NCBI GenBank assembly: GCA_018646625.1
Contig: JABGUJ010000002.1
Span: 62,001 to 100,842 of the forward strand
DNA from: Candidatus Woesearchaeota archaeon
GTDB lineage: Archaea; Nanobdellota; Nanobdellia; Woesearchaeales; JABGUJ01
Direction: 5' to 3'
DNA: 38,842 nucleotides
Below the pieces are notes generated by a model. It was not told the origin of the DNA and did not search any database. It saw only the letters and a list, made by a program, of their open reading frames with translations. Below, in pieces: positions 17,763 through 27,098 of this stretch (positions are counted from its first letter, which is position 1; each line of letters begins with the position of its first letter). The translations under genes and the position numbers were made by a program.

Positions 17763-17797
17763 AAAAAGCTTTAAATAGCTTTTTTCTTTCTTTTTTT
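17763..17797 (+). terminator. Possible terminator (AT hairpin + T-tract)
   Basis: AAAAAGCT-TTAAAT-AGCTTTTT followed by T runs. It also overlaps a TATA-like TTTAAATA. Confidence 0.35.
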
Positions 17798-17816
17798 AAA
17801 TGAGATGTGGTGCACT

Positions 17817-19523
17817 ATGAAACGATTTATTCTGGTTGTTGTAATGGCTTTGATTATGGTTAGTACTGTCTATTCTGCAAACTTAGATCATGTTGGTGAG
17901 ATTGATGAGCAGATTGTAATTAAAGAAAAGGCAATCAATGAATCTGAAAAAGATTATAGTGAAGCAGTTCTTGCATATGAACTTGCAAAGGATAAGAATG
18001 ATTGGATGGATGAGCAAGAGAGAGAAGATGAAGTTGATTATCAAGAAGACATACTAGACGTTCTTAATGATCAGGTTACACTATTGAATGATGCAAAGGA
18101 AACCTTGGCTTTGATCTATGTTAAAGAAGATGAATTAAGAGATGCAAGACTGCATCTTCCGTCTACTAGTCAGAGAAAAATTGAACAAGATTTAGATCAA
18201 TTAATTGACACCTTTAATGAGATAGAAAATGATTATAATGCTGCCGAAAAGGAGCTAAAGGATCTTGAAGAGAGAGAACGAGACTATAGTGCAGAAGAGT
18301 ACTATAAAGATCAAATATATGATACTGAGGCAGAGATAGAAGAGTTAGAAGATGAGTACAAAGAATATGAATCTGAGTTGAGTAAGCTAGAAGTTGAACT
18401 TGATGATGCGGAAAGAGCAGAGGATTGGGATCTTCGAAGAGAGATTAAGGATCGAATGAATGAAATTGAAGATGAAATGGACGATATTATGGAGGATTTA
18501 GATGATAGACGTCAAGAATTGTTGGCGGATAGAAATAAACTCGATGAAGTTAGAATTCAAGCATCAAAAACTCCTGCTCAGCTAGCTGCTGAAGCACAAA
18601 AGATATCCGAAGCTAATCAGGAAAAGTACGATGCTCATAAAAACAAAGCAACAGTCAAGATTACTAAAGAAGAGGAGATTGTTAAGAGATTAACTTATTC
18701 CGATTTACGAAGTAATTATCTTAAACAAAAAGGAGGAATTAGTTTGTTAAAATATAGGATGTATGACTGTGAGGATGAACCTTTAGATGATTGTGTTGAT
18801 GTTGCCGAGGATTTTGTAACGAAAGGTAATGTTTTTGTTAAGAATGGCGCCGAGATGATCATTGCACATCTATTTGAATTAAGAGATGAGCTTGAGAGTG
18901 AAGACATCTCCGGTAAAGATGAAATTCTCATGAAAATAAATGAGAAGATAACTAAGATGCAAGTTGCAAGAGAAAGTATAAACTCTCTAAATAGTGATTC
19001 AACTCCTGAAGAAACTAGTTTGGCTGCAAGAAGTGTCAGAACTGTATGGAGAAATAGTAAACTAGAAATCCAGGAAGTTACTCTTCGTAACTCTATGAAT
19101 AAAGCAGAGAAAGTATTGGCTAGAGCTGATTCGTTGAAAGAAAAGTTTTCAAAGATAAATTCGGTGTTTAAGTTAGAGGGAAAAGATACGTCTGCGATTG
19201 AAAGTAAAGAATTGGCATATGAGGTTGAGTGTGATCAAGCGTGGAGACATCTTGCGAGATCTGAAGAATATCTTCAAGAATATAATATAGTGCGAGCCAC
19301 AGAAAGTGTGCAGAGTGCATTTAACGCATTATCAAATTCAAAAACTCTTCTTGCAGAAATCAAAGTGTTACTTAACGATTTGAAAACTCAAGAAGTGGGT
19401 GAGGATGCTAAAGAGATTGCATTAGAATATGCGAGAGATGAGTTGTCTAAAGCATTTGCATCAGGAAATCAAAATGAGATTGAAGTTGCTAGAAAAAATC
19501 TAGTGGCTATTGAAAGTAGTTAA
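17817..19523 (+). CDS. Secreted acidic coiled-coil protein, paralog of 16412..17755
   Basis: Signal peptide MKRFILVVVMALIMVSTVYS. The C-terminal half aligns by eye with the upstream protein (N.A.MI...L...R; D.T.EE...AA......W.N.K; G.D.S). Confidence 0.8.
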   Translation: MKRFILVVVMALIMVSTVYSANLDHVGEIDEQIVIKEKAINESEKDYSEAVLAYELAKDKNDWMDEQEREDEVDYQEDILDVLNDQVTLLNDAKETLALIYVKEDELRDARLHLPSTSQRKIEQDLDQLIDTFNEIENDYNAAEKELKDLEERERDYSAEEYYKDQIYDTEAEIEELEDEYKEYESELSKLEVELDDAERAEDWDLRREIKDRMNEIEDEMDDIMEDLDDRRQELLADRNKLDEVRIQASKTPAQLAAEAQKISEANQEKYDAHKNKATVKITKEEEIVKRLTYSDLRSNYLKQKGGISLLKYRMYDCEDEPLDDCVDVAEDFVTKGNVFVKNGAEMIIAHLFELRDELESEDISGKDEILMKINEKITKMQVARESINSLNSDSTPEETSLAARSVRTVWRNSKLEIQEVTLRNSMNKAEKVLARADSLKEKFSKINSVFKLEGKDTSAIESKELAYEVECDQAWRHLARSEEYLQEYNIVRATESVQSAFNALSNSKTLLAEIKVLLNDLKTQEVGEDAKEIALEYARDELSKAFASGNQNEIEVARKNLVAIESS

Positions 19524-19568
19524 TATTAAATATAACTAGAAGATAATGAATGACGGAGGTCGATTTGT

Positions 19569-19826
19569 ATGAAGTGGGGTTACTTTATTGTTTTAATGGC
19601 ACTTATGGTTGCAATTGTTGGATGTGGTGAAACACAGGATAATACGCCTGATGTTGTTCCAGATACTCCTGTTGTGGTAGATGATGCTACTTCCGGACAA
19701 GAAGCAATTGAAACTGCTGAACAAGACATCACAGATCTTGAAGAAGAACTGGATGAATTATCATTAGATGATCTTGATCTTAGTGAGTTAGATAGCTTAG
19801 AAGATGATCTGGATTTAGATATCTAA
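19569..19826 (+). CDS. Small acidic lipoprotein
   Basis: RBS GGAGGT, lipobox-like IVGC after a hydrophobic stretch, and an Asp/Leu-repeat tail. Confidence 0.75.
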   Translation: MKWGYFIVLMALMVAIVGCGETQDNTPDVVPDTPVVVDDATSGQEAIETAEQDITDLEEELDELSLDDLDLSELDSLEDDLDLDI

Positions 19827-19883
19827 TTCTTTTTTTATTTTTCATATGAAACATTTATAAAGCAAATAACTAGTTTTTAGATT

Positions 19884-20546
19884 ATGGCTTTTTGGTCTAC
19901 GTTAGGGAATGGAATTCTAGATGGCTTCGCGGAGATTGGTAGATCTTATATCAGAGACGCCAGCATATGGTGGGTCTTGGCGCCTGTTATTATTCTCTGG
20001 ATTGTTCTTGAAGTGTATTTTGGTGAATATAAGAAAGAAAAACTAGGTTGGAATACATCGTTAGCAAATGGAATTACTCTTCTTTGGGTAAATATAGAAG
20101 CTATGAGATTCATTTTCAGTATTCCCGGTATTGATATGAAGTGGATACGATTTGTTGTATTATTGTTTATATTAGCATATGCAGGATTTATCATTTACAT
20201 TTCTTTCACTCATAAATTTTCCGCCAAAGTAACATATATTCTAGCTTCTGCAAGTCCAATATATTATCTTTCTATGATTAGCATTCTATGGAGTCACGGT
20301 CAATTGCAAATGACTTGGTGGGTATTGTTAGATTTAATACTACTCTTCGGATTATTATTATTTATATTCTGGATAATTAGAAAGTTTATTCCTGAAGCGG
20401 CAAACGATAATAATGACAGTAGCGGCGGAGATGACTTTGGTTCTAGTTCCTCACCTTCAGATAGCATGGGTGGACTAGGCTCGGGAGGATTAGGCGGTCT
20501 AGGAGATGTGTCAGGTGGTGGCCTTGGTGGCGACTTTAAATTATAA
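19884..20546 (+). CDS. Multi-pass membrane protein with Gly/Ser-rich tail
   Basis: About five hydrophobic helices; TATA at 19848-19861. Confidence 0.75.
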   Translation: MAFWSTLGNGILDGFAEIGRSYIRDASIWWVLAPVIILWIVLEVYFGEYKKEKLGWNTSLANGITLLWVNIEAMRFIFSIPGIDMKWIRFVVLLFILAYAGFIIYISFTHKFSAKVTYILASASPIYYLSMISILWSHGQLQMTWWVLLDLILLFGLLLFIFWIIRKFIPEAANDNNDSSGGDDFGSSSSPSDSMGGLGSGGLGGLGDVSGGGLGGDFKL

Positions 20547-21555
20547 AGAATCTGTTATTTAATTCTACTATTTGTATTTCATCACCAGGTTTAAGAGTTG
20601 TTTCCTTGTTTTCTACAGGAGTGCTCTGAAATGTCTTAGGATGAATTACTTCTATTCTTGGACTGGTTATCGCGATAGTCGTCTGTACTGTTTCAAGACG
20701 TTCAGGCATTTCTTTTTCTAATCTTAATAACGTTGTTTTACCCGTAACTACGTTCTTACCTAGAACTTCTTTACCCATTTTATTTATGGTATATACTTTC
20801 TTATCATATGAAACCGCATCGTGCAATTTGAAAGGGTGTGGTTTGTATAGTACTGTCAATCTTCTTTGTTCTTTACTCGTAGTTGAATCTCTAGAGAATA
20901 ATTTAGAGTTTTCTTTTATTATTCCTCCAAATTTATTTCTTAATTCGTGTCCCATGCTATGGGCAAACTGATTAGAAGTCAAGTAGTAGTCTACACCGTT
21001 GGTAGTTTTTTTCTCTTTTGTTATAAATACCAACCTGTTCTTATCCACTGCTTTCTTTACAAATGTTTCAATTTCGGGATCTGCATTTCTTAATTGTAGT
21101 ATTCCTTCAAAATATTGACTGTGAGGTCGAGAACAATCCTTACAAATTGTAAAATTAACTTTTACTGGAATTATAGTTGACTCGAAGACAGGTTCTTCTA
21201 GATCTTCGCTAAAAAATCCGTTTACTGTAATCTCAATTTCGCCAACGACTTTTACTCCCGCATTAGGAACATGTTTTGGTAATACTAGTTCTGTTTTAAT
21301 TTCTTCAATAGTAACTCCTAATTCAGGAACTAAATTTTTAGTTACTGATTTATTTACTGCATCATTTAGATTCTTACATAACATCCATTTAGATTTGTCT
21401 TTTGTTTTAAATTTATTACAACCACAAAAGAATATTACAAAATCTTTAAAACCTTTAATTAAAGAATGGTCTGCCAAGTAACATTCTTTGCAAATTCCTT
21501 CAATGAAGCTATCAGCATCATTACCGCACTTTGGACACATTCTAGTTGAGCTCAT
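20536..21555 (-). CDS. nmd3: NMD3 family ribosome biogenesis protein
   Basis: CPKCG...C..C, C..C..., YFEGILQLR, G.DYY, SKLFSRD....., IHPKTF. Confidence 0.9.
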   Translation of the reverse strand: MSSTRMCPKCGNDADSFIEGICKECYLADHSLIKGFKDFVIFFCGCNKFKTKDKSKWMLCKNLNDAVNKSVTKNLVPELGVTIEEIKTELVLPKHVPNAGVKVVGEIEITVNGFFSEDLEEPVFESTIIPVKVNFTICKDCSRPHSQYFEGILQLRNADPEIETFVKKAVDKNRLVFITKEKKTTNGVDYYLTSNQFAHSMGHELRNKFGGIIKENSKLFSRDSTTSKEQRRLTVLYKPHPFKLHDAVSYDKKVYTINKMGKEVLGKNVVTGKTTLLRLEKEMPERLETVQTTIAITSPRIEVIHPKTFQSTPVENKETTLKPGDEIQIVELNNRFFII

Positions 21556-21611
21556 TTTAGATAACCAAATGAGCGATACATTTATAAAATAAACTCTTGC
21601 TTATTGATAAG

Positions 21612-22277
21612 ATGTCTAAACGTATTGTTAGAAAAAAGCGAGTTAAACCAACTAAATCTAGCACTAGAAGCATTCTTAGTTGGATTTGGTATATCTTGTG
21701 GGAAGATGATAGTTGGTACAGCTGGATAATTAGTGCAGTTGTGGCGTTTATTTTAATAAAATTCGTAGTTTATCCTGTATTAGGTTTTATTGTAGGTACA
21801 GGTTTTCCTATAGTTGCAGTTGTTTCAAGTTCTATGGAACATCCTGGTGGATTTGATTCATTCTGGGAGGATAAAGCCTTTTGCAGAGAAGGTCTTTGTA
21901 CTCAAGGCGAATATTACAATGAATTGTCCATAACTCGCGAAGGATTTAGAGAGTTTCCTTTCAAAAATGGTTTTAATAAAGGTGATATTATGCTTCTTTA
22001 TGGTAGAAGCAATATAGATGTTGGTGATGTTATTGTGTTTATGTCTAGGGGCGGTCAACCAATAATTCATCGAGTGGTTGCGGTTTCTGAAAAGGATGGT
22101 AAGCCAGTTTATCAAACTAAAGGTGATAATAATGAAGCTTCCATTAAATTGAATATGTTGAATGAATATGACATACCTGGAGAGGTTATTATTGGTGAGG
22201 CTAAAGCCCGAGTACCGTTCTTAGGTTATGTGAAAATTGGTTTTGTATGGTTATTAGAAGTTTTACAGATTATGTGA
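21612..22277 (+). CDS. sec11: Signal peptidase I (Sec11 type)
   Basis: TM helix, VVSSSMEH (Ser), KGD, IIHRV (His), TKGDNN. Confidence 0.92.
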   Translation: MSKRIVRKKRVKPTKSSTRSILSWIWYILWEDDSWYSWIISAVVAFILIKFVVYPVLGFIVGTGFPIVAVVSSSMEHPGGFDSFWEDKAFCREGLCTQGEYYNELSITREGFREFPFKNGFNKGDIMLLYGRSNIDVGDVIVFMSRGGQPIIHRVVAVSEKDGKPVYQTKGDNNEASIKLNMLNEYDIPGEVIIGEAKARVPFLGYVKIGFVWLLEVLQIM

Positions 22278-22288
22278 GGTAATTAAAG

Positions 22289-22597
22289 ATGTTTTGTCCT
22301 AAATGTGGTAAGTTATTAACACCCAGAGAAGTTGATGGTAAAAGAGTTATGGGTTGTGATTGTGGTCATGTTCATGGTGGTTCTGCAGTTGTTAGAGAAG
22401 AAATAAAGAAAGATGAGAGAAAAATTGAAGTTGCAGATGCTGATGTTGAAACATTACCTTTAGTTGAAGAAAAATGTCCTGAGTGTGATCATGATCATGC
22501 ATACTTTTGGGAGATACAAACCAGGGCTGGAGATGAGGCCGCAACTAAGTTCTATAAGTGTGAAAAGTGTAAGCACGTATGGAGAGATTATAGTTAA
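22289..22597 (+). CDS. tfs: Transcription factor S (TFS/RpoM family)
   Basis: Two zinc ribbons and QTRAGDE with the catalytic acidic pair. Confidence 0.93.
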   Translation: MFCPKCGKLLTPREVDGKRVMGCDCGHVHGGSAVVREEIKKDERKIEVADADVETLPLVEEKCPECDHDHAYFWEIQTRAGDEAATKFYKCEKCKHVWRDYS

Positions 22598-22843
22598 ATG
22601 GATATTCGTTCTTTTTTTGTTAATGATTGTATTAAAATTGTGGTTAAACCAAATGCTCCTAAGACTGAAGTAGTGGGTTGGGATGAAAATAAGAAAGCAC
22701 TAAGAGTTGCAGTCAATGCAGTACCTGATAAAGATAAAGCCAATAATAAATTGGTGAAGTTTATTTCTAAGCAGATAGGTGAGAACGTAGAGATCATCTC
22801 TGGTAGTAAAAGTAGAGAAAAGCTAATAAAAATAAAAGAATAA
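22598..22843 (+). CDS. DUF167 (YggU-like) protein
   Basis: VKPNA, V.A.P...KAN..L, IISG.KSREK. Confidence 0.9.
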   Translation: MDIRSFFVNDCIKIVVKPNAPKTEVVGWDENKKALRVAVNAVPDKDKANNKLVKFISKQIGENVEIISGSKSREKLIKIKE

Positions 22844-22844
22844 C

Positions 22845-23342
22845 TTATTGGTTATCGTACTTTTGAAGTTCTTCAGATAATGCAACAAGCTTAACACCTG
22901 CTTGATCAAGAACATCTCTTGTATCTTGGCCTGCGTGATATCTTTTCTCACAAACAACCTTCTTGATTCCTGCATTTACAATCATCTTTGCACAAACAAA
23001 GCAAGGTTCGAGAATACAATATATCGTAGCACCATCTAAAGGAATTCCATTTCTTGCAGCTTGACAAATTGCGTTTTGTTCTGCATGAATAGTTCTAACA
23101 CAGTGATTGCTTACCTTACCATCTTCATGAACTGTTTTCTTATATTGATGTCCTGCTTCGTCGCAATGAGGTAGACCAATTGGACTTCCAACATATCCCG
23201 TAGTTAGAATTCTTTTGTCTTTAACAATAACGCAACCAGTTCTTCCTCTGTCACATGTTGCTCTTGTTGCTACTTCTTTTACAATCGCTAAAAAGTATTC
23301 ATCCCATGAGGGTCTTTTGTAATCTGATTTTTCTTCCGACAT
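22845..23342 (-). CDS. dCMP deaminase family protein
   Basis: RPSWDEYF, RATC.R, HAEQNA, PCFVC zinc motifs. Confidence 0.92.
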   Translation of the reverse strand: MSEEKSDYKRPSWDEYFLAIVKEVATRATCDRGRTGCVIVKDKRILTTGYVGSPIGLPHCDEAGHQYKKTVHEDGKVSNHCVRTIHAEQNAICQAARNGIPLDGATIYCILEPCFVCAKMIVNAGIKKVVCEKRYHAGQDTRDVLDQAGVKLVALSEELQKYDNQ

Positions 23343-23923
23343 TACTTACCACCTATTTCATTCATAACTTTGCTAAATTGATCTAATAGATCAGGAATTG
23401 TTTTCGTATTAACTAAAGTGTAATCTGCCATTGCTATAGGTCCACCTTTCTCGAGATTCTCTATCTCGGCAGAATCTCTTTTGTTAGCAGATTCTTCTGA
23501 TATGGGTCTATTGCGTAAATCGGTATCTTCAGCTTCTAATACTCTAGCTGCTAGTCGCTTATATCGCAAGTGAGGTGGAGCATATACTGCAATAACGGTT
23601 AGTTGATCACCATACTTTTCTCTGAGAATTTTATACTCTGACCAACTGTACAATCCATCACCAACAACATTACCTTCTTCTAGAAACTTGTCAACTTTTG
23701 GAATATTAAGTGTTGCATAAGCACCCATTCCGTGCTTCGCCCTCATTTCTTCCCTTATTGGACGTTCATTTTCTTCTAGAGGCTCTAGTCCTCTTTCTTT
23801 TACAATGTCTAATGTAATCTGACCAAATCTAAAGAAGTTGTATCCTTGTTTTACTAGTTCATCTGCGATAACAGACTTACCAGATCCACACATGCCTACT
23901 AATGCAATAAATTTATTCATCAA
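23342..23923 (-). CDS. P-loop kinase, archaeal dephospho-CoA-kinase-like/nucleotide kinase family
   Basis: GMCGSGKS, DGLYSW.E, RD..EIE.LEKGGPIAMAD. The stop overlaps the deaminase start. Confidence 0.75.
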   Translation of the reverse strand: MMNKFIALVGMCGSGKSVIADELVKQGYNFFRFGQITLDIVKERGLEPLEENERPIREEMRAKHGMGAYATLNIPKVDKFLEEGNVVGDGLYSWSEYKILREKYGDQLTVIAVYAPPHLRYKRLAARVLEAEDTDLRNRPISEESANKRDSAEIENLEKGGPIAMADYTLVNTKTIPDLLDQFSKVMNEIGGK

Positions 23924-23978
23924 TCTACCCCCTTGAGACAGCTATACCTCATTTATTTAAAAAGATTACTGCTTAATT

Positions 23979-24233
23979 CTAATCATATTTTGGTTCTGGA
24001 AGCCCTACGTAGAATGTATGTAATTTGAGTCTTCTGTACCCTGCACAATTCGGATTATTTACTTCATCAGGTGTACAAATAGAACAGTCTCCCCAACCTT
24101 CTGGTCTAATAGAGCCAGGTAATGATTGTAATCTAGATCTTTGTGATAATTGTCTAACGCAAAGGTATACTACTTCTCCCGTTCTTGGTGCTTCTTTCGA
24201 TCTAGGATCTCTATCAACTATTGGCTCCAACAT
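23979..24233 (-). CDS. Small 4-Cys hypothetical protein
   Basis: 84 aa with C...CSIC..DE.N..C..Y. A TATA-like TTTAAATA on the minus strand lies about 24 nt upstream. Confidence 0.6.
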   Translation of the reverse strand: MLEPIVDRDPRSKEAPRTGEVVYLCVRQLSQRSRLQSLPGSIRPEGWGDCSICTPDEVNNPNCAGYRRLKLHTFYVGLPEPKYD

Positions 24234-24314
24234 AGGACGCTCTAGATGGAGATTATGTATTTAAACTTTACCTCAGATAGCTTTAAAAATAACTTAATAC
24301 TGAATAGAAAACTG

Positions 24315-25670
24315 ATGAAAGTAATTAAGATAGATACTGATCCATTCTTGAACAAAGATGTAAAGAAAGTTAGATTTGAGAGTGATGACTTTCCTAAAGT
24401 TCAGTTGTTTAATTCTAACGATGTTGCCTGTGGCAACCCCAGTTCTAATGTTGCGATTGCATTCGCATATACTTGGGAAGATGATATGCCTCCTGAAGAA
24501 GTAATGGACTTTTTTCAAAAGATTTCAGTTTATACCTCCATGACTGGCTATTGGAGAACAACCAATGGAGGTAAGTATGTTTTTGCAAATCTTCTTGCAA
24601 ATCCTAATGTTAACAAGTTGTTAGTTTTAGTATTTGGAAAAAGAGATAATGGTCACTTGCTCGTTGACTCATTAAAGAATCTCTGGGAAAACGGAGTTAA
24701 TGAACGAGGAATTATCAATAATTGTAAAGCACCAAATCCTAAGTTTGAACAAGTTCCTAATGATGCATTAGAGCGCGTCACTCAACAATCAGATTTACTT
24801 ATTGTACGCGATATAAATAATGAGTTTGAAGAAATTGAGAAACTAGTAAAATCATTAATACAAGAACCTAAGAATGCTATTGATGTGGCTGATTTTCCCA
24901 AGTTAGAATTTATATCTAAGCTAATCAAAAATAATAAACTATATGACGACGGTGCAAGGTTCGAAGAACCATACTATCTAGACTTGATTGCATCTGCAAA
25001 AAATGTTAGATATGAGGAAAAAAGTCTTAATGAATCTATAGGTAGATCTATACAGTGTCAGAATTTAGCAGATGCTTTTGAGCAAGTGGCTGCATTTGTT
25101 TTTCAGAATGGTAGTTCTATTATTGATCAAAGAAAAATTATCAACTTAGAATGTAGGAGTTTAACAGTAACGATTATGAATCCATTAGATAAGATTCCTG
25201 AAGGTTTTTCTAAAGAATATTTGGACAAATACTGTGACGAGTTTATGAATGGCAAAGGAGAAAAACTAAATGACTTTGCATATACATACCATGATAGAAT
25301 TTTTAAGAGATGGGGTAATCAAATAGAACGTGCAATAGAAAAAATAAAAGAAGATAATTCTACAAGGCGTATGTTGATTTCACTCTGGTCTCCTGAAGAA
25401 GATATTTACAATTCTAGTGCTCCGTGTTTGGATTTCATCTGGATTGTTATTAGAAATAAGACTCTTGAGATGCATGTTGTATTCAGAAGTCATCATCTTG
25501 GAACTATTACTGAAGAAGGCAAGCTAATGACTGGGGAAGGAGCATTTGTACCTAATTTGTTTGCTTTAAGCACTCTTCAGAACTATATAGCGGAAAAATT
25601 AAGCATTAAGAGCGGTCCTTTCGTATTAACAGATTTCTCAGGCCACTTGTATGTTAATAAAAGCTCTTAA
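24315..25670 (+). CDS. MtrA-like (corrinoid-binding) domain fused to an archaeal-type thymidylate synthase-like domain
   Basis: N-half: GNPSSNVAIA...G..RT..G...V.ANLLANPNV..L......GH...SL..LWENGV...G.I......P..E.VP..ALER..QQ (MtrA pattern). C-half: FAYTYHDRI, NQI, TRR..ISLW, APCL, FRSHH, AFVPN, GHLY (ThyA pattern). Start ATG 24315, after TTTAAAAA. Confidence 0.85.
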   Translation: MKVIKIDTDPFLNKDVKKVRFESDDFPKVQLFNSNDVACGNPSSNVAIAFAYTWEDDMPPEEVMDFFQKISVYTSMTGYWRTTNGGKYVFANLLANPNVNKLLVLVFGKRDNGHLLVDSLKNLWENGVNERGIINNCKAPNPKFEQVPNDALERVTQQSDLLIVRDINNEFEEIEKLVKSLIQEPKNAIDVADFPKLEFISKLIKNNKLYDDGARFEEPYYLDLIASAKNVRYEEKSLNESIGRSIQCQNLADAFEQVAAFVFQNGSSIIDQRKIINLECRSLTVTIMNPLDKIPEGFSKEYLDKYCDEFMNGKGEKLNDFAYTYHDRIFKRWGNQIERAIEKIKEDNSTRRMLISLWSPEEDIYNSSAPCLDFIWIVIRNKTLEMHVVFRSHHLGTITEEGKLMTGEGAFVPNLFALSTLQNYIAEKLSIKSGPFVLTDFSGHLYVNKSS

Positions 25671-25735
25671 GGCCCCATAGTAGCGAAAACTATAAAAATA
25701 AGCCGTTGTACTGCCTTATAAAGGGGGGTTGATTG

Positions 25736-26602
25736 ATGAAAGCATATCTCGATATTGTTAATAAAATTCTAACCGAAGGTATTGAAAAGGAAAATCGAAC
25801 AGGTGTAAATACTATCGCCATTGCAGGGGCAATGTTTGAACATGACATGAGTGAAGGATTTCCACTTCTTACTACAAAAACAGTTCCATTTAGATTAATT
25901 GCTTCTGAATTAGAATTTTTCATTAAAGGAATTACTGATAAGCACTGGTTAAAGGAAAGAAAGAATCATATTTGGGATGAATGGTGTTCACCTGATAAAG
26001 TTCCTTACGGTCATGATGAAGAAACAAAAAAGAAGATGGCTGATGAACGAGATCTTGGTCCAATATATGGTTGGCAATGGAGAAACTTTGGTGCTAAGTA
26101 TACTACATTCGACAAAGAGAATGAAGGGCAAGGTGTTGATCAACTAAAACGAGTTGTTGAAATGCTTAAAACAAATCCCACTGATAGAAGAATGATTGTT
26201 AGTGCATGGAATCCTGTAGATCTGAAAAGAATGGCTTTACCTGCATGTCATTATGGTTTTCAAGTTACTGTTATAGGGGATAAACTGAATCTTCTATGGA
26301 ATCAAAGATCTATCGACGTTGCTCTAGGGTTGCCGTTTAATATTGCGAGTTATGCATTGTTGTTACATTTACTTGCAAAAGAAGCAGGATTAAAAGAAGG
26401 TAAGCTTGTTGGTTTCTTAGCTGATACTCATGTGTATGTAAATCATGTTGAAGGACTAAAGGAACAATTAGAAAGAAGTCCTATGAAGCTTGCTAAACTA
26501 ACTACAAATGACTTTAAATCTATATTTGATTGGAAGTATGAAGATTCTAAAGTGGAAGACTATGAACATCATCCTAGAATTAAGTTTGATGTAGCAGTAT
26601 GA
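25736..26602 (+). CDS. thyA: Thymidylate synthase, canonical bacterial type
   Basis: RTG, FPLLTTK, IWDEW, LGPIYG.QWR, RRMIVSAWNP, LPACH, QRSIDV.LGLPFNIASY, DTHVY. Confidence 0.97.
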   Translation: MKAYLDIVNKILTEGIEKENRTGVNTIAIAGAMFEHDMSEGFPLLTTKTVPFRLIASELEFFIKGITDKHWLKERKNHIWDEWCSPDKVPYGHDEETKKKMADERDLGPIYGWQWRNFGAKYTTFDKENEGQGVDQLKRVVEMLKTNPTDRRMIVSAWNPVDLKRMALPACHYGFQVTVIGDKLNLLWNQRSIDVALGLPFNIASYALLLHLLAKEAGLKEGKLVGFLADTHVYVNHVEGLKEQLERSPMKLAKLTTNDFKSIFDWKYEDSKVEDYEHHPRIKFDVAV

Positions 26603-26613
26603 GGTGATTAACT

Positions 26614-27093
26614 ATGGCAGAGATTATAATTATTGCAGCAATTGCAAAAAATAATGTGATAGGGAAAGATAATGATATTCCTTGGAGAATAAAAGAAGAT
26701 TTTCAACACTTTAAAGATTTAACAATGGGTTGTCCGTGTATCATGGGGGATAGAACTTTTGAATCTCTACCCGATAATGCTCGTCCTCTACCTGGTAGAG
26801 AAAATGTTGTTTTAACTTTCAAAGAAGACTATCATCCTGAAGGAACTACAGTCTTTAATTCATTTGAAGCGGCTTTAGAGCATGTTAAAGATAAAGATAA
26901 AGCATACATAACAGGTGGTGCAACAATCTATAAAATCGGATTGCCACATGCAGATAAGCTCGAGTTAACTAGAGTGCATAAAGAATATGAGGGCGATACT
27001 TTTTTCCCGGAAGTTAATTATGACGAATGGGAATTAATTAACACAGAAGATCATGGAGAATATTCATTTGAAACTTACACTAGAAAGAGGTAG
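26614..27093 (+). CDS. folA: Dihydrofolate reductase
   Basis: VIG..NDIPW...ED..HFK..T, IMG.RTFES, PLPGR.N, GGA.IY, GDTFFP. Confidence 0.96.
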   Translation: MAEIIIIAAIAKNNVIGKDNDIPWRIKEDFQHFKDLTMGCPCIMGDRTFESLPDNARPLPGRENVVLTFKEDYHPEGTTVFNSFEAALEHVKDKDKAYITGGATIYKIGLPHADKLELTRVHKEYEGDTFFPEVNYDEWELINTEDHGEYSFETYTRKR

Positions 27094-27098
27094 ATAAG

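Noticed and set aside
24315..24830. Methanogenesis (Mtr complex)
   Set aside because: Only an MtrA-like domain is present. It has no membrane anchor and no mtrB-H neighbours.
25030..25670. Phage-type dCMP hydroxymethylase / DNA hypermodification locus
   Set aside because: The specificity residue is Asn (uracil type), not Asp, and no phage, glycosyltransferase or DNA polymerase genes are nearby. dUMP modification cannot be excluded.
25671..25730. GGCCCCATAG resembles a tRNA 5' end; also considered a THF riboswitch upstream of thyA
   Set aside because: No D/T arms or acceptor complement follow. The region is only about 60 nt and is better explained by a TATA-like element.
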